A stretch of DNA of 59,775 nucleotides, the filler included, from Platydemus manokwari (taxonomy: Eukaryota): assembly GCA_037951405.1 (NCBI GenBank). It is 5 parts of 5 records of this genome, joined end to end, with 100 filler letters (N's around TTAATTAATTAA, not from the genome) between each part and the next. Parts side by side here need not be neighbours in the genome. Positions count along the whole stretch, not along the records: positions 16,595 to 26,871 come from JBBMOY011149993.1; positions 26,972 to 36,282 come from JBBMOY011267540.1; positions 36,383 to 48,011 come from JBBMOY010555552.1; 2 more parts are not named here. One strand, given 5' to 3'. The translations under genes were made by a program, and so were the position numbers. Below are positions 26,182 through 39,745 of the stretch, piece after piece; within the stretch, counting starts at the first letter, position 1, and every line of letters starts with the position of its first letter. The notes below the pieces were generated by a model. It saw nothing but the letters and a program-made list of their open reading frames with translations, was not told the DNA's origin and did not search any database.

Positions 26182-26871
26182 GCACGTTGTAAATGTCCTT
26201 CACCACCACACCGATGGCAACGGATTACTCTTGGTGCTCTGGCACGCATAAACCGGGACATCTCCACCCTCAATTGTGCCATTTCATGACGTAGATCTGC
26301 TATTTCCCTATTTACTGCAGCCCCCCTGTTGGTATTCGCTAGTGGATTGGACACCACTTCAGGCTGCACTTCATTAGTCTCTGACTCAGAGACTAATTGC
26401 TCCTGGATGACTACTGGCCCTACCTCTTTGACTGTCTCCACCCGCACTTTATACGGCGTCACCTTCGCCAGTCTCTCAGCATATTCCTTGATTGCCAGGA
26501 AAGAGACCGATGGGTCTTGCAGCACTCTTTCCCGCAACATCATCTGCGCCATGTCATCGCGCAACTGATTGATGAATTGCTCTCGGAGCAGTTCATCGCC
26601 CATAAGTGGGACCCGCTGACTTGACTGCATGGCAGTGACTTTCTCATATATGGCATAGAGCCGGTCAGAGAAATTGTCCATGGACTCCCGGATTCCCTGC
26701 TTCGTTTGATAGAACTCTGTAAGCAGGTCCGGTAGCCCGCTCTTCTGTCCATAGACTTGCAGCAAAACCTGCAACATCACATCTGGCTCCCTGCTGGCTG
26801 TTCTCCTGCGTATGTTTCTGGCTAACTTTGGTGCCAGAATGTTGTTGAGCAGCTCCAGTTGATCATCTGCT
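26160..26871 (-). CDS. gag: Ty3/Gypsy Gag, variant B (5' end in gap), directly upstream of pol
   Basis: Contains QTKQGIRESMDNFSDRL and CCHC knuckle CHRCGGEGHLQRAC. Ends LN-TAG, overlapping the pol frame. Confidence 0.92.
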
Positions 26872-27849
26872 NNNNNNNNNNNNNNNNNNNNNNNNNNNNN
26901 NNNNNNNNNNNNNNNTTAATTAATTAANNNNNNNNNNNNNNNNNNNNNNNNNNNNNNNNNNNNNNNNNNNNACAAACATCAAAGAGTAGCAAACACTGTT
27001 TTTAAGCCTCTGTTATATTAACAATACTAACTTGTTTATAATAATTAAGATTAAGAATTTTCTAAAATAAAGAATACTTGTCCTAAAATAAAATTTTTAA
27101 TTTGTCGAGTTAAAGCAAATGACAGTTTATTGAAATATTTTCATTAAAATATTCAAAGTAGCTATTTTAAAGGTAATTAACAAGGATCAATATCACATCA
27201 CCTATTGAAATTGTCAAGATTCGTTCCAGATCCGTTCATTATTTAAAGTTACCAAACACATGTTAAAAAATATTGATATATAGTGTGAATTATTGTATTA
27301 TCAGAAAATTTATTCTATCTATCGAAGTAATTACACCGATGTTATTTAATGGAGATAGTTATAATATCTGTTGCATTTTCAACTCCACTCCGAGGTCATT
27401 AGCTATTAGTACGACCGAGTAAAGCAGATTCTATTATTTAATTAAAATATACAAAAATCCCTCATTATCATGACTAATTTTTCTAACTTAAATGATTTCG
27501 ATGAAATCCACGGAGTTACTTGTTTTTTATTCCCACTTAATAAAACAAACTCTAATTGATTTCGGAATTATAAATGAATTAATTTATTGAAATTATCGAA
27601 TAACCAATATCATATATATATATGATTTTATTGATTTAAATATCGCTTATCTTCATATTTGTAAAATTATTATGAAAATTTCCGAAATTATCGAGATGAT
27701 ATCATTTAAAATTTGGATTCGGATATTGCCTTGAATTACTGGATACCATATATTAATAACAGTTCACCTAATGTTGTTATTATAGATTCAGTATTAAAAG
27801 ATAAAAATTAATTATTAAAAATTAATTAATTAATCAATGCATTTATGTT

Positions 27850-28392
27850 TGTTGGGTAGGTCACAAAATCAGCTAAATTATTTACAGGACCCAGGGAAAT
27901 AACCATAAAAAAGGTTGACACACATAAATTCGATAAACACGTATGTCATCAACCAATCAGATTCGTTCTAATATTAATCAATATTTAGAAGTTAAACATC
28001 GACAGGCACAACCCTACAGATGATTGCAAACTCAAATATCTGCCAATGGAATAAGAAATGCATAGAAAATTGCAATCAAAGCTGTGATCGAAGCTCCTGG
28101 ACATCAAACGGACACACTCTCTAGGTCTATAAAAAGATAGAATTCCATGAGAAACTGCCGCCCTTGTTTGGTCGTTAACCGGTGTTTTATTCTTCGCTTT
28201 TACGTGATAGTCAGCAACCAGTCATTTTGGTTGTTTTCTATTCTGTCTTTGACTTTCACTTGTTGATCCCATTTTTCGTGTTAGTCTATCGTCCACTGGT
28301 GATACGAGCTTAACTGTATTCATTCTTAATTGACCTAGTGACATTCTTGTTTAATATAATTTTAAAATTTTATTTCAAATTGTTACCCAACA
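27850..28392 (+). mobile_element. Solo LTR (543 bp), same family as 3543-4102
   Basis: Perfect terminal inverted repeat TGTTGGGTA...TACCCAACA. Flanks TGTT/TATT give a 4-bp TSD with one mismatch. Alignable by eye with 3543-4102. Confidence 0.8.
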
Positions 28393-29524
28393 TATTGATT
28401 AATATTAACAGATTTATGACGTCATACAAAATAAATAAAAATTATAATTAATAGTACAAACATTATTTTTGAATAAAAATTAATGCAAGGAATTGAACAT
28501 CCGTTTTATCCGTTTTTATCATACTCAAAATTTTCTCTCGGCACGCTTTTGTGAATTGTGAAATGAAAATCTATTTAGATTTATTACTTATTTGATCTTT
28601 TAATGTTTATTTTAGTATTTATTCCATATCTGATTAATTAATATTTTCACTCATATATTTGAGATGTATTGGATATGACGATGTATTGCAGCATTAATGC
28701 AATCTCAATTAAGTGCTCATTTCCACATAATCAGTTTTTAACTAATTGAATTCTCTTTTTCTTTAACCATTTTTTATAAAAAAAAATCTTAATCATAATG
28801 AATTATTGCTTTTGATAAATTAATTCGTCATTCCTACTCTCAATTTATGAGCGACCGCAAAATGGATAATAGCATATACATATCTGATTAGAGAACTCAC
28901 TTATCATTTGATTATTTCTATCGTTTTTATTTACTTGAATGCATGTTACCTGAATAAGATTTCAAATGGATCTCTTAGTGATTCTCTGAAATAATTAAGG
29001 CGATTCCGTTTGCTGCTATGTAGATGATTTATAATTGATGGTTTAGAGAAACTAAGTTATTTAAAAATTTTAAGCTGACGTCATCAACCACGGATATCCG
29101 TTTTATTTTTATAATTAACGTGCAATTATTGTATGTACATAGATAATATGTTAGATAATTATATTTGATTATCTTGTTAAAATATTTACAAAAATATAAC
29201 GGTGACAGGATCAGTTTAGATGTCATAAAACCATAAATCCACAAAGAATCTCCAATAAATTAAAATGTACTTTTATTATCTGAAAGCTATGATGCTAAAG
29301 ATCCAATATTCAATAACGATAATGTGGTGAGTGATAATCAAGTTGAATAAACTGACACCAGATTCGAATTGATCATTATTGATCGATAATAATCAAAAAT
29401 AACTCTGGTAGACTGATCAATGGAGTTGTCAATGATTCAATCAGTAAGCTCACATTACTAATTATTGATCGAACATTTATTTACACATTAAAAATTTAAA
29501 ATTTCGAATGTCTTTTGTCGGCAC

Positions 29525-30051
29525 TTTAAAATGAATGATATTTGAAGAATTTTAAAATCAGATTTTTATAAAATACTGGCTTGTTTAAATAACTATAGTT
29601 TAAATATAATTTAATGTCGTGACTTTTCAGTCAGTTTTATAAAAAGTAGCGGCTTACACGACCTCAACGCATTTGAATTAGATTCTCTCAATGTCTATGA
29701 CATGAAATCATCAGAGAATAGGAGAGAGCCATTTAGATGATATCGAAAAGATTTAAAGATGATATAGTATGGATAAAATGAAGATATAAAGCAGGAGTAG
29801 AGAAAAAATAGTGAAGATATAAAGTAGAAGATGCAGAAGTTTTAATTCAGCTAAATATGAAAAGAATTCGATAGATAGTTAATTAAAAATACTTGGAAAA
29901 TTAAAGATTTTAAAGGAAGACGAATGTGAGGATTTTAAAATGAATGATTTTTATAAAACATTGGTTTACTTAAATAAATATAGTTTAATTATAATTTGGT
30001 ATCGTAATTTTTCAGTTGGCTTCCAAAGCGTGCTTTATAAAATAGTAGCGT
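29525..30051 (+). repeat. Imperfect direct repeat of about 120 bp (29525-29652 and 29932-30051)
   Basis: Shared TTTAAAATGAATGAT...TATAGTTTAAxTATAATTT...TTTTCAGT...TTTATAAAAxAGTAGCG. Confidence 0.7.
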
Positions 30052-32864
30052 ATTTATAATTTATGAATCGCAAATTAAATTTTATAATAGCGGAATATAG
30101 AGCTACTGTTTTCAGTTGTGGAGATCTTGATGATAGATAATAAATACAGAACTTTTAAAATAAATCTTAAAAAGCTCAAAGAAAGTTTAAAAGTCATAAA
30201 GAAGATGGCATTTATTTTAACTTAATCGACTTCTTATAATTGAAAACAAAACAGCTATCATTTCAAATTTTATATACTGGTAGATATCTCGTGTTGGAAA
30301 TAAATTGTTGATTGGTTTGGAATAATTGAATGTGATCAGGGGTTGAAATCAAATATTTATCAAACATTCATGAATTGCAACATTTAAATGGAGCAACTGT
30401 GTTTTCAATAGGCCCAGATCATATTTGAGCTTAATATCTTCAGCTCTGCTGAGCAACCTGTGTTAGTTATAGAAGCTTCAAGTTGATCTTAATAATGATA
30501 ATAATAATGAAAATAATAGTAATTATAATAATAATTTAAATAAATAGTAATAATAATATATTAAAAATTTGATATGAAATATCGGCTAACATAAGACTCG
30601 TTTTCTCAAAATAATTGAAATAAAGGAAATCCAAAATCGGCATAAATGAGACTACATTTTATAAATGATATGTCCAACTTCGCCGAGAAATTATCGAAAT
30701 AATTGTTTCCCCGTAAAATGGATGATTTAATCAAATTTCACATCTCGCTTAACCGTTTTGTTTTTAATCGTAGCTGATAAGAGGGCAAAAAAAACAAAAC
30801 TCATCAAACAAACCAAGTGAGCACTTGTAATTTCTGCCTTGTCTAGTTTGGATAAAAATTACTTCACACATAATATTTCTTCAATATAAAATATCATTAT
30901 AATTATTCTGACTTTCTCTCAATATATATATAACGACAATGTTCTTAATACTTTAATTATTTATATTTATATATAGTTTAAATATAAAAATATTGGCAAT
31001 ATTTTGAATAAATTCAATCATGTTTTGGCTTAAGTTAAGAAAAAGGGTTCTTTGACTTAATTTCGTTATAATGAATTTTAGGGCATGACATAATTTTATA
31101 ACTTCATTTTATATATAACTGCTATGTTTGATTTATTCTTATAAATTAGTTAATATCTCATTTTTTAAGATGTCTAATAGTGACAAAACGTAGTTTTAAA
31201 AACAAGTTCCCATTCTAATCACAACACCACCAAACGATTATTTCATTATTTAAATTTAAATTTCTCTAATTATAAAACGAGTTAGTTAATTATAGATATG
31301 TTAAATAATATCATTGCTTATTGTAATAAAATAATTGTAAAAATTTAGAATATCTCCCAATTTGCTTTTAATGTTAAAAAAGGGGTCCTCCTTAATTTTC
31401 AATAAATTGCAATTCGATCTGCCAATTTTTCAAATAATCAAATTTTATGAGATTTTTAAGCTCTAATCTATTTAATATTTGATTTCTAACAATTGAAATT
31501 CTTCTTAAGTACTTAAATAAAAAATTTAAAATGCTTTTAAAGAATATAATTAAATAAACTATATAGATTTTTACAACACACTCAACAAATTTAAATTTTC
31601 ATTTTAGGACCCTTTTTCACTTTAGCCCATCTTTTGTACTTCTAAAATTAGTTTATTAATATTCTTTTACTGTATTTTTTACATTTAATACACTAGCGGA
31701 AGAGAACTCTGTTTATAGTACGTCCAAACTGATATAAAGCCAATATCGATAGCGAAATTGCAGGATCACAGTTCAAAGATTACATGCCCGTTAATTTAGG
31801 AGTGCTGTATGTATATTAGTATGCTTTGATGTAACTAGTTCAGGGATTTAAGTCACTCTTTACTCTCATTGTCAAATCGATATGGAGAAACTTTCAGGCT
31901 GGGCAAAATTAGTATTGAACTGGTATTATTATAAAATATATTTTTACATAATTATATTCATATTATTATTCCAAAATATTTTTATAAGATAGTTTAAAAA
32001 TCGACTTATAAGACTGCATAAGATGTTAGAAATTATAAACGAACATCCAATTCTAAATCAAAAATATAAATTCATGCAAATCATAGCTTACATAAAAAGC
32101 CAAAAGTTACTAATAAATCATACTTGCCAAATGAAAAATTATAGCGTTGTAAATAAAGTTTTCTTTTATCTTATTCTTATTTACCCATATTTACTCACTT
32201 GCCTTTCAATAGATTACAGGTTGACTTGTATTTGTATTTTCTTCTTGTATTTTTTGTTTTATATTGTTAGAGTTCATAGAATCAGTTTTTATTATTTATA
32301 TTATTAATCATTTATTTTACTATCATCATTTATTTCCTATTAATTTTCATATTCTCCAATTGTTTTCTCTTTATCTTTCACACAACATATATGTGTTGAA
32401 AATGAAATGAAATCGTTGAGCTATAATATTTTTGTGATATAACAATACATGGTAATCAAAAATTGCATTATGAAAGATAAATTTGTGGTTTGAAAATGTC
32501 TAATTAATTGATACATTAATAAAGTGTCACCAAAAATCATTATTGTTGTCACAATATTATCAATCATCTGATTTTAAACTAATGTTTATTATCTTAGATT
32601 TGAACATTTCAAGATGGAGTAACACAAGTTCTCAAGTCGGCTTATTTGATATGCAGTAAGGAGAAGATATCTGATAGCTTCTCAGGATCTAATAAAGAGT
32701 TCAAAATGTGCACTACTGATATTTATTGGACTGTTTTTTTTTAATTTTTGGTATGGAAGAGGATAAGGAATTGATACTCATGTTTTCTAACAAAACTGCC
32801 AACAGCTTTTCCCTAATTGGCGAAGACAACATGTGTTTATAACCTGACTGTCGTTAAAATAGCA

Positions 32865-33994
32865 TTGGGTTTGTGCATAAGTTCGTGCGGTTTTTTACAA
32901 TTATAAAAAATGCATACCGATTAAGAGTAGAAATCATGCAAAAAATGTCCGATAACAAAATGAATTTATGAAAACATTAGAAAAAACAAATATCTCAGTC
33001 TCAATCGGTGATATATTCTCCGCTACAATCGATCAATGTCTTGCACAGTTCTGGGAATCTGTCAATCCCAGGTTTAAAGAAGCTTGGATATTCAATTGTT
33101 GTTATCACTTCTTCGTTTTCAAAAGTGAGACCAGAAAGATGGTTCGGCATAAAGCAGAAAAGATAAAAATCTGTTGGGGCTAAGTCAGGCATATATGGAG
33201 AATGAGGATGAACTTCTCATTCAAGCTCTTCAATAGCAAACTTTATCATTGTGGCGATATAAGACCGAGTATTGTCATGATGTAAAATGATCTGCTTCTT
33301 ATTGGGGTCCTCTTCGCTTTGATTGCATTGTTTACTCGCTTGAGTTGCTTACAATAAAGTTCGGCTTAATTTCTTTGCAAGATTTCATAATGAATAACAC
33401 TAACTTGGTACAACCAAACGCATAACCAGATTTAACGTTGGGAACTTCGATTTCGCACGTGGTTGTGGTTGTTTTTGAGGACTTACCCAAGCTATATTGT
33501 GTTTCAAATTTACATACAGGTAGAAATCGAAGCACCTTGATCTTTGTTACTTTCTTTAAGAAGGTGGGGTACCCATAATCCAAGCTTTTGAACCTTTCCT
33601 ATTTTCTTGAGAGTCCAAGTGCTCTTCATAAATCAATTGGTTCAAACAATCTTTATCAAAGTCACTTGGTCAGTCTGACCTAGGCGCATCATTTACATCA
33701 AAATTTCCACTGTTGTGCTGTTTGTTCACTGACTGCCTTTTCTCCATGAACGCAACAAATCATTCTGGTGGCTTCTGCAGCGTTTAAATGTTGATTGAAA
33801 TAGAAAAGAAGTAGATACCGGAAATGTTTATCTACCTAACACTCCATTTCAATGAGAGTAATGAAAGTGAAAGTTAGTACAAAATGATTTATAGATAATT
33901 TAGCTGAATGATTGTAACTCAAATCAGTTAAAACAAGAACCTGGTGTGTTTTCTTTGCCACAAATAAAACTGCACGAATTTATGAAAACACCAA
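32865..33994 (-). mobile_element. Defective mariner transposon
   Basis: TIRs TTGGGTTTGTGCATAAGTTCGTGCGGTTTT and AAAACTGCACGAATTTATGAAAACACCAA. Broken transposase from ATG 33847: HFRYLLLFYFN...AAEATRMICCVHGE, LGLWVPHLL, PDLAPTDFYLF. Confidence 0.92.
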
Positions 33995-34139
33995 ATTTTT
34001 AGGTCAATTATGTCATTGTTCTCTGTGAAGATATCTGAGTCAGTTTTTAGAAGAAGTTTAATTTGTCATTCTGGGTGTGACATTATGATTTATTTAATGA
34101 TGATTCCCTTTTACTTGGGTAATTTTTAAGTTAGATAAA

Positions 34140-34530
34140 AATGGGATTTTGGGATTAAGTAATCGATATATTGCCAGATTAAAAGATCTAGGATGTTTAA
34201 AGTCTTTCTCCTTATCACAGAGAATTCTCAAATCTAAAATAAGAGTTTGGTGTTTAGACTTATTTCTTATGATCAAATTATGTCGAAAGATTGAAGATAT
34301 TTCAAATGGTGTGGAGTCAATATTGCCATCGATACTTATGGATTAAATATAACTCCCTAGGATGTCAGGGATCATGTTGTGTCGATGAGCAGATTTTTCA
34401 GAATTTAAATGCAATAAGGGAAGACATGGGCAAAAGTTTCTATAAAATAGATTTACCAGTTTTAATGAAATAGAGAGAATTATTTAACACTGGAAAGGTG
34501 ATTGCGAGGTTGGTTGGTGAATATCATACC
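34140..34530 (+). mobile_element. Possible CR1/L2-type LINE 3' remnant
   Basis: GILGLSNRYIARLKDLGCLKSFSLSQR...DLFLMIKL loosely resembles the YEERLKELNLFSLEKRR..DLI motif of the CR1 ORF2 C-terminus. Very decayed. Confidence 0.4.
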
Positions 34531-36382
34531 AGTTATTAATGATGTAAAATTACTGTTTTCTAGCTATTTTTTTCATTCTGATTTTATAAATTATTATTTT
34601 ACATCAACAAATACGTCAAGAGCAGTGCAAAAGTGGTAAATCAGTGGTTCAAAAACATCGAGACTGATTTTAAATCATTTTATTTAACCTGTTGTTCATC
34701 GTTGATGCAGTAATTCATAGAATAAATTCAAATCGAAAGAATTGACAGAGAAAAATAAAGATATTTCCTTTCACCGACGAATTAGTTTGAAATTCTCCAC
34801 ACATTTTTCTATCAGTAACTTGGAAATTTTTCCCATGTTCTAGCTATGAAATTTCCTGTAATAATTTCGATACTTGTTAGATTAAGAGAATATTTAATGT
34901 TTTCATAAGCCTGTATTAAATAGCTCAACATAACCCTACAGTTCTACATTTACAATTTTTTATCGATATTTGACATTAATATGAAACATTTAAAAAATAA
35001 TTTCTTTAATCAGAATAAGTCAATCATTTCATATTTCTGGTAACTCTAGTGTAGAAATGGATTTTCTTAAGAACAATAATTATCCTTATTACTTTCAAAT
35101 CTAAACTGATGTACTTATATCCATCGCAATTATAATATCCTTTATTATACTACTAGGTAATTAAGGTAGTTATATTAAATTTTATAATATCATTACTTAA
35201 TAATAATAGCCCCTAGCGGAATCCAAATGGAAATCAATACGAGAACTGTTCTCGTCAAACTATGGATTACATGGATTTTACTCTACCCGGCCATATACTC
35301 TCTTCAATGAAAATAATTATTATAGTCAATATTTCTCTAGAATCCCGAGAAGGAAATCTAGACCGAGAAGCCGTACCCGTAGTTGTAAATTAAATAAGGT
35401 TCATAACATGAATTCTCTTTCAAGATCCATTATCTCACTTCTCACTGGTTTCTTTACTGGTCGAACCACCTCAGATCTCCATGGAAACGGAACCCGCACC
35501 AGAAACGATTACATAACTTTTTTGTTAATAATTTCCACACTAATCTTTTTGTCATTTAGATTCGTAAATGATAATATTTCCAGGTCTTAAGCTGCTCCAA
35601 CCAGAGATACTGCCCCTCCGAACCCTCAATTCGCAGATCGCAATGCCCCAAATTGCTGGTCAATTCCGACACCAACCAATTCCGAAAACTACAACTAGAG
35701 GCGCGCTACTCCCCACATTGACTGCCCTGATCATAGCAAACAGTTTTTCACACCCACAGCATCCGAACCCACCACAAAACATTCAGACACCCTATGTTCC
35801 TGAACATGATCAACAGATTTGACTCAGTCAACAATTTTGAACCACTCTATAACTACTCTGACTCCGCACCACTCACTCAATGTCACAACGATCCAAAAAA
35901 AACTCAAAATCAACCTCAACGGCAACATAAACCTATGAATTCTTATCAAAATAATAATTATAACCATAATCTTGTTTACCTTTCTAGATTAGCTACTCCC
36001 AGATTTACCACTTCGAATTCAAATACAGATAGTCTCCATACCGCAAACCAGAGCATCCAGTATAGGGGTGGACAGGCGCATGACTGTCATCGTGAAACCG
36101 AAAAGTCAGGAACCTCTGTGAATTTAGTTTTAAATATCTTATTATATGTTCATTCTTTATTAAAATTTTTTAACGTTGAACAATTTTCACACTGTTTGCG
36201 TGACCATAATATTAGGCTGAGTCAAAAGTTATTCATGTTTTTTAGTTGTTTAAAGTTTTTGTTTTACCAAATCATTTAAACANNNNNNNNNNNNNNNNNN
36301 NNNNNNNNNNNNNNNNNNNNNNNNNNTTAATTAATTAANNNNNNNNNNNNNNNNNNNNNNNNNNNNNNNNNNNNNNNNNNNN

Positions 36383-36441
<59 letters not shown>

Positions 36442-36458
36442 TAATAATAATAATAATA
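36383..36458 (+). repeat. (TAA)n microsatellite at contig edge
   Basis: About 25 TAA units with one interruption. Confidence 0.95.
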
Positions 36459-38951
36459 AAGTTAAATAATTACAGAGTTTAATAGTGAAATTTTTTCAAG
36501 CTAAATAAACTAGTTAAACATTATTTCATAATGAATTAGAAATTAATATTAAAGTTAAATTAAATTAGTAAAGTAAAATAAGTATAATTAAAACTTATCT
36601 TCACTTGGTAATCAAAAATATTAATTAAAAACCCCTTTTTTCTCTCGAAATTTAACTGTATTTTAAAATATCAATGACAATTAAAGCCACGTGATAACTG
36701 ACTTCGGAGAAGTATTCCCATTGAATTTTTGAATACTCATCAAAATGAAGCGGAAATTAAGACCGCATATTTTATTCAAATCCCATGTTTCCTATAACCC
36801 AGCAACCGCTTATAAGTCAGTAAAACATCATGTCTTTGCCATTGATTAGAAACCACTAACCTATGGTGTGTGAATTGCCGAAGATCGATTTTCGTCGACG
36901 AAGCCAAAGCCTAATTTTTTGAAGTTTGCCATCAATTGTATAACCTATAGAAATATAGATAGAAAATAGAAATATTCTAGTTATTAAGATGACGTCAAGG
37001 ATCACGTAGGATACATTTGTTACATATAAGTTATTTATATCGTTTATTCTCTCTTCTTATCAAGCAGAAAGCACTCTTGAGAAGGACGCTTACTCAATAG
37101 TTACGAAAGGTTTTGTTGGTCTACCATCTGCTAAGCTGAATTTGCATATTGAGAAGTTTTGTCCAACGTTTCAGTGTCTAAAAGTATATTTAAAATCAGT
37201 GACGTATAAAAGTAGCAATTTATAGCCATTTTTATTTCATTGATCTTTACATAATAATTCTTGTATTTGCTAATTAAAATAAACATTTTAATATTAAACC
37301 GATTTGGGTTTTTGATAACCTAGTTAGCAGTAAGATATCACAAATTGATCATATATAAATCTCAATATCATTCATCACCTTATTGGAAATAGTTTGATAG
37401 TTAAATTGATAAAGAAAACTGACATAGAAAAGGCCGAGACGACTAAAGAGGCAATAGTTAAATTAAAATCAATAAAATTGATTTCTACGCCGTTCCACCT
37501 TTCTTCACATAAGTAGCGAACGTCAAGGCGAAGCAACATCAAAATTCAAAAATCAAAATACTACTTGAGGATCGAAACGAATTCTGAAAACTGATTAAGT
37601 TGTAAATTTCGATAAAATCAAATAAGGATTAATAAAGAGAATAAAAAGTAGTAGAATAAAAAGTAGTGACCTCAACATATAAATTAAAGTCAATTGGTTC
37701 TCACTTATTAATTTTAGTTAAAGACAATCTTAATATCAATTTTCCGTAGAAATTATTTCTCTGATTTTAACCTTCTTTGAAAAATATAAAAAATATATTG
37801 ATAAACTCTATTTTCAATGATTTTTACAAAAATAATAATAAAATAAATGAGTAAAAAGTGGATTGAATTCTTTTAAATGATAAAACAAATAGGCGCACAT
37901 TGAAATATTATTATTTAGATCCTTATCAAACTTTAATTTACCTTTAATGTAAAATAAACGTCTTGCTTTTAGTAATTTCCAAACTCTTCAGATCTGAAGT
38001 ATCAAAAAAAATAATAACATCTAGAACCTTTACGGTCACCATCTAAAGAGCATATAAACTCTTGATTGAAAACCACAACTGTGTCGATAATTAAATTAAT
38101 GAATTTACTATTGATTATTTGTTATCATTTTCAATTATTTATTATCGATTTATGTTAATCTATATTATAAATTTAATTCGTCTTACCATTATACTTTACT
38201 GAAATAAAACTAAAAGACAAATAAAACAAACAAATTTAATTATTAAAAAATTACTTTACTAAATCATATAAGGACTAAAAGTATTAAATATCATAACAGT
38301 AATAAATGTTCATGGAAGCCTTTAGAGATTTGGAAATAGGTCAAATATAGATTTCCTAATCCTTGCATTGTCCAATGTTAGGCATATCGTCTTGGCAAGA
38401 GCAACAGAGCTATCGAAGTGAATAAAGATACAAATATAAAGAACAATTACTGCTCATGGGCCATTAGATCATCTAAGAACAATGGAAGTCTCAATGAAAC
38501 GAAAAGATCCAATTGTTGGGATGGCATAATTATTTGATAGTTAAATAATAGTTAAATAATAATTTAACATCATTATCAAGCATTAATGACAATTATATTT
38601 GTGATTAATATCATTTATTTAAACATTTAATCCACAACAAGATCAAATTATTTGTTGATATTTGAAAAAATTATAGCGTTTTAATTATAAAACTGAAATT
38701 GTTTAATTCGATATAAAAATAATATTTAAATTATAATATCAATTATGCGTTACTTCAACTGGTACTGCTTAAAATTAATCAAAATAAATTATATTATATT
38801 CGTGTATGTATTATATTATATATTATATATATGTATTATATATATGTATTATATTCGTTTATTTAATTTATCAAACACTTTGATTGCTATGGGATTAAGC
38901 ACGTTACACAATAATTATTATCTGAAAATATACAATTTATTTGGACAGTGA

Positions 38952-39048
38952 TGAGAATAATTTTGTGTGGTGATTTTGATTGTGAAAATTTTATAATTCA
39001 TTCGAAATTATTATTCGAAATATCTGAGAAGATCATCACTCCAGGTGA
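38952..39048 (+). pseudogene. Truncated pseudocopy of the acidic micro-protein gene (promoter plus first codons)
   Basis: GAATAATTTT...TTGATTGTGAAAATTTTATAA matches the family promoter. It is followed by ATA TCT GAG AAG ATC ATC ACT, with ATG mutated to ATA at 39020. Confidence 0.6.
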
Positions 39049-39449
39049 TATTTGAAATGTCTTTAGATAATTAAATATATAATAAAATTAGTATATAAAT
39101 TAGTAAAATTTATAATATAATTGAGTTAATTATAATAAATAATAATTTATAAGATGATAGTTATCACTTTAATAAATAACTATTTATAAATTACTTCAGA
39201 TTTTAAATAATTATTTTTATAATAATTATTAAAAAAATATAATTTCAATTCCAACAGCAAATTGTGATAATTATTAGAAAATTATTTATAAAATTAGCCC
39301 ATGAAATCATATTATTATAATCGCAATAATAATTGCAATATTTCTTAGAACAATACCGCAATATCTGGTATTCAAATATGATTGAATTCATCAATTTTTG
39401 TGATGAGTTGTTTAATATGTGTTTATTAGATTGATCAATCACTTTGATT

Positions 39450-39586
39450 TGTCAGCCATTGTGTATGTTATTTTACAAACATTATCTAGACGTCAATTTC
39501 ATTGGGTATTGATATGAATAATTTTATTGCGTGTTTCATTGTGAAAATTATATAAACCGAACAGATTTCATTTGAAATCATTCAAA
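39450..39586 (+). promoter_or_regulatory. Pol II promoter of micro-protein copy 1 (inverted CCAAT, TATA, Inr); equivalents at 41590-41676, 43381-43500 (minus) and 45010-45152
   Basis: ATTGG at 39501, TATATAAA at 39549-39556, TCATTC initiator-like motif at 39578-39583 (about 30 nt downstream of TATA), then CAAAATG start context. Confidence 0.75.
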
Positions 39587-39745
39587 ATGTCTGACGAAAT
39601 CATCACCGAAGTCACCGCTACTGAAGTCTCAGTTGAACAAGTTGCTACTGCTAAAGTAGTTGAAAATGTCGAATTAGTATCAAAGAAAGTCATTGATGGA
39701 ATTGAAACATCAGAAGTTTCTGAAGAGAAAGAAGAATCACAATAA
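39587..39745 (+). CDS. Acidic micro-protein copy 1 (52 aa), unknown function
   Basis: MSDEIITEVTATEVSVEQVATAKVVENVELVSKKVIDGIETSEVSEEKEESQ*. ATG-TAA ORF conserved in four copies, with TATA upstream. Confidence 0.85.
   Translation: MSDEIITEVTATEVSVEQVATAKVVENVELVSKKVIDGIETSEVSEEKEESQ

Noticed and set aside
22038-26624. Numerous plus-strand ORFs opposite gag/pol, and 8173-8514 opposite Nup58
   Set aside because: Antisense shadows of real coding sequence with no independent motifs.
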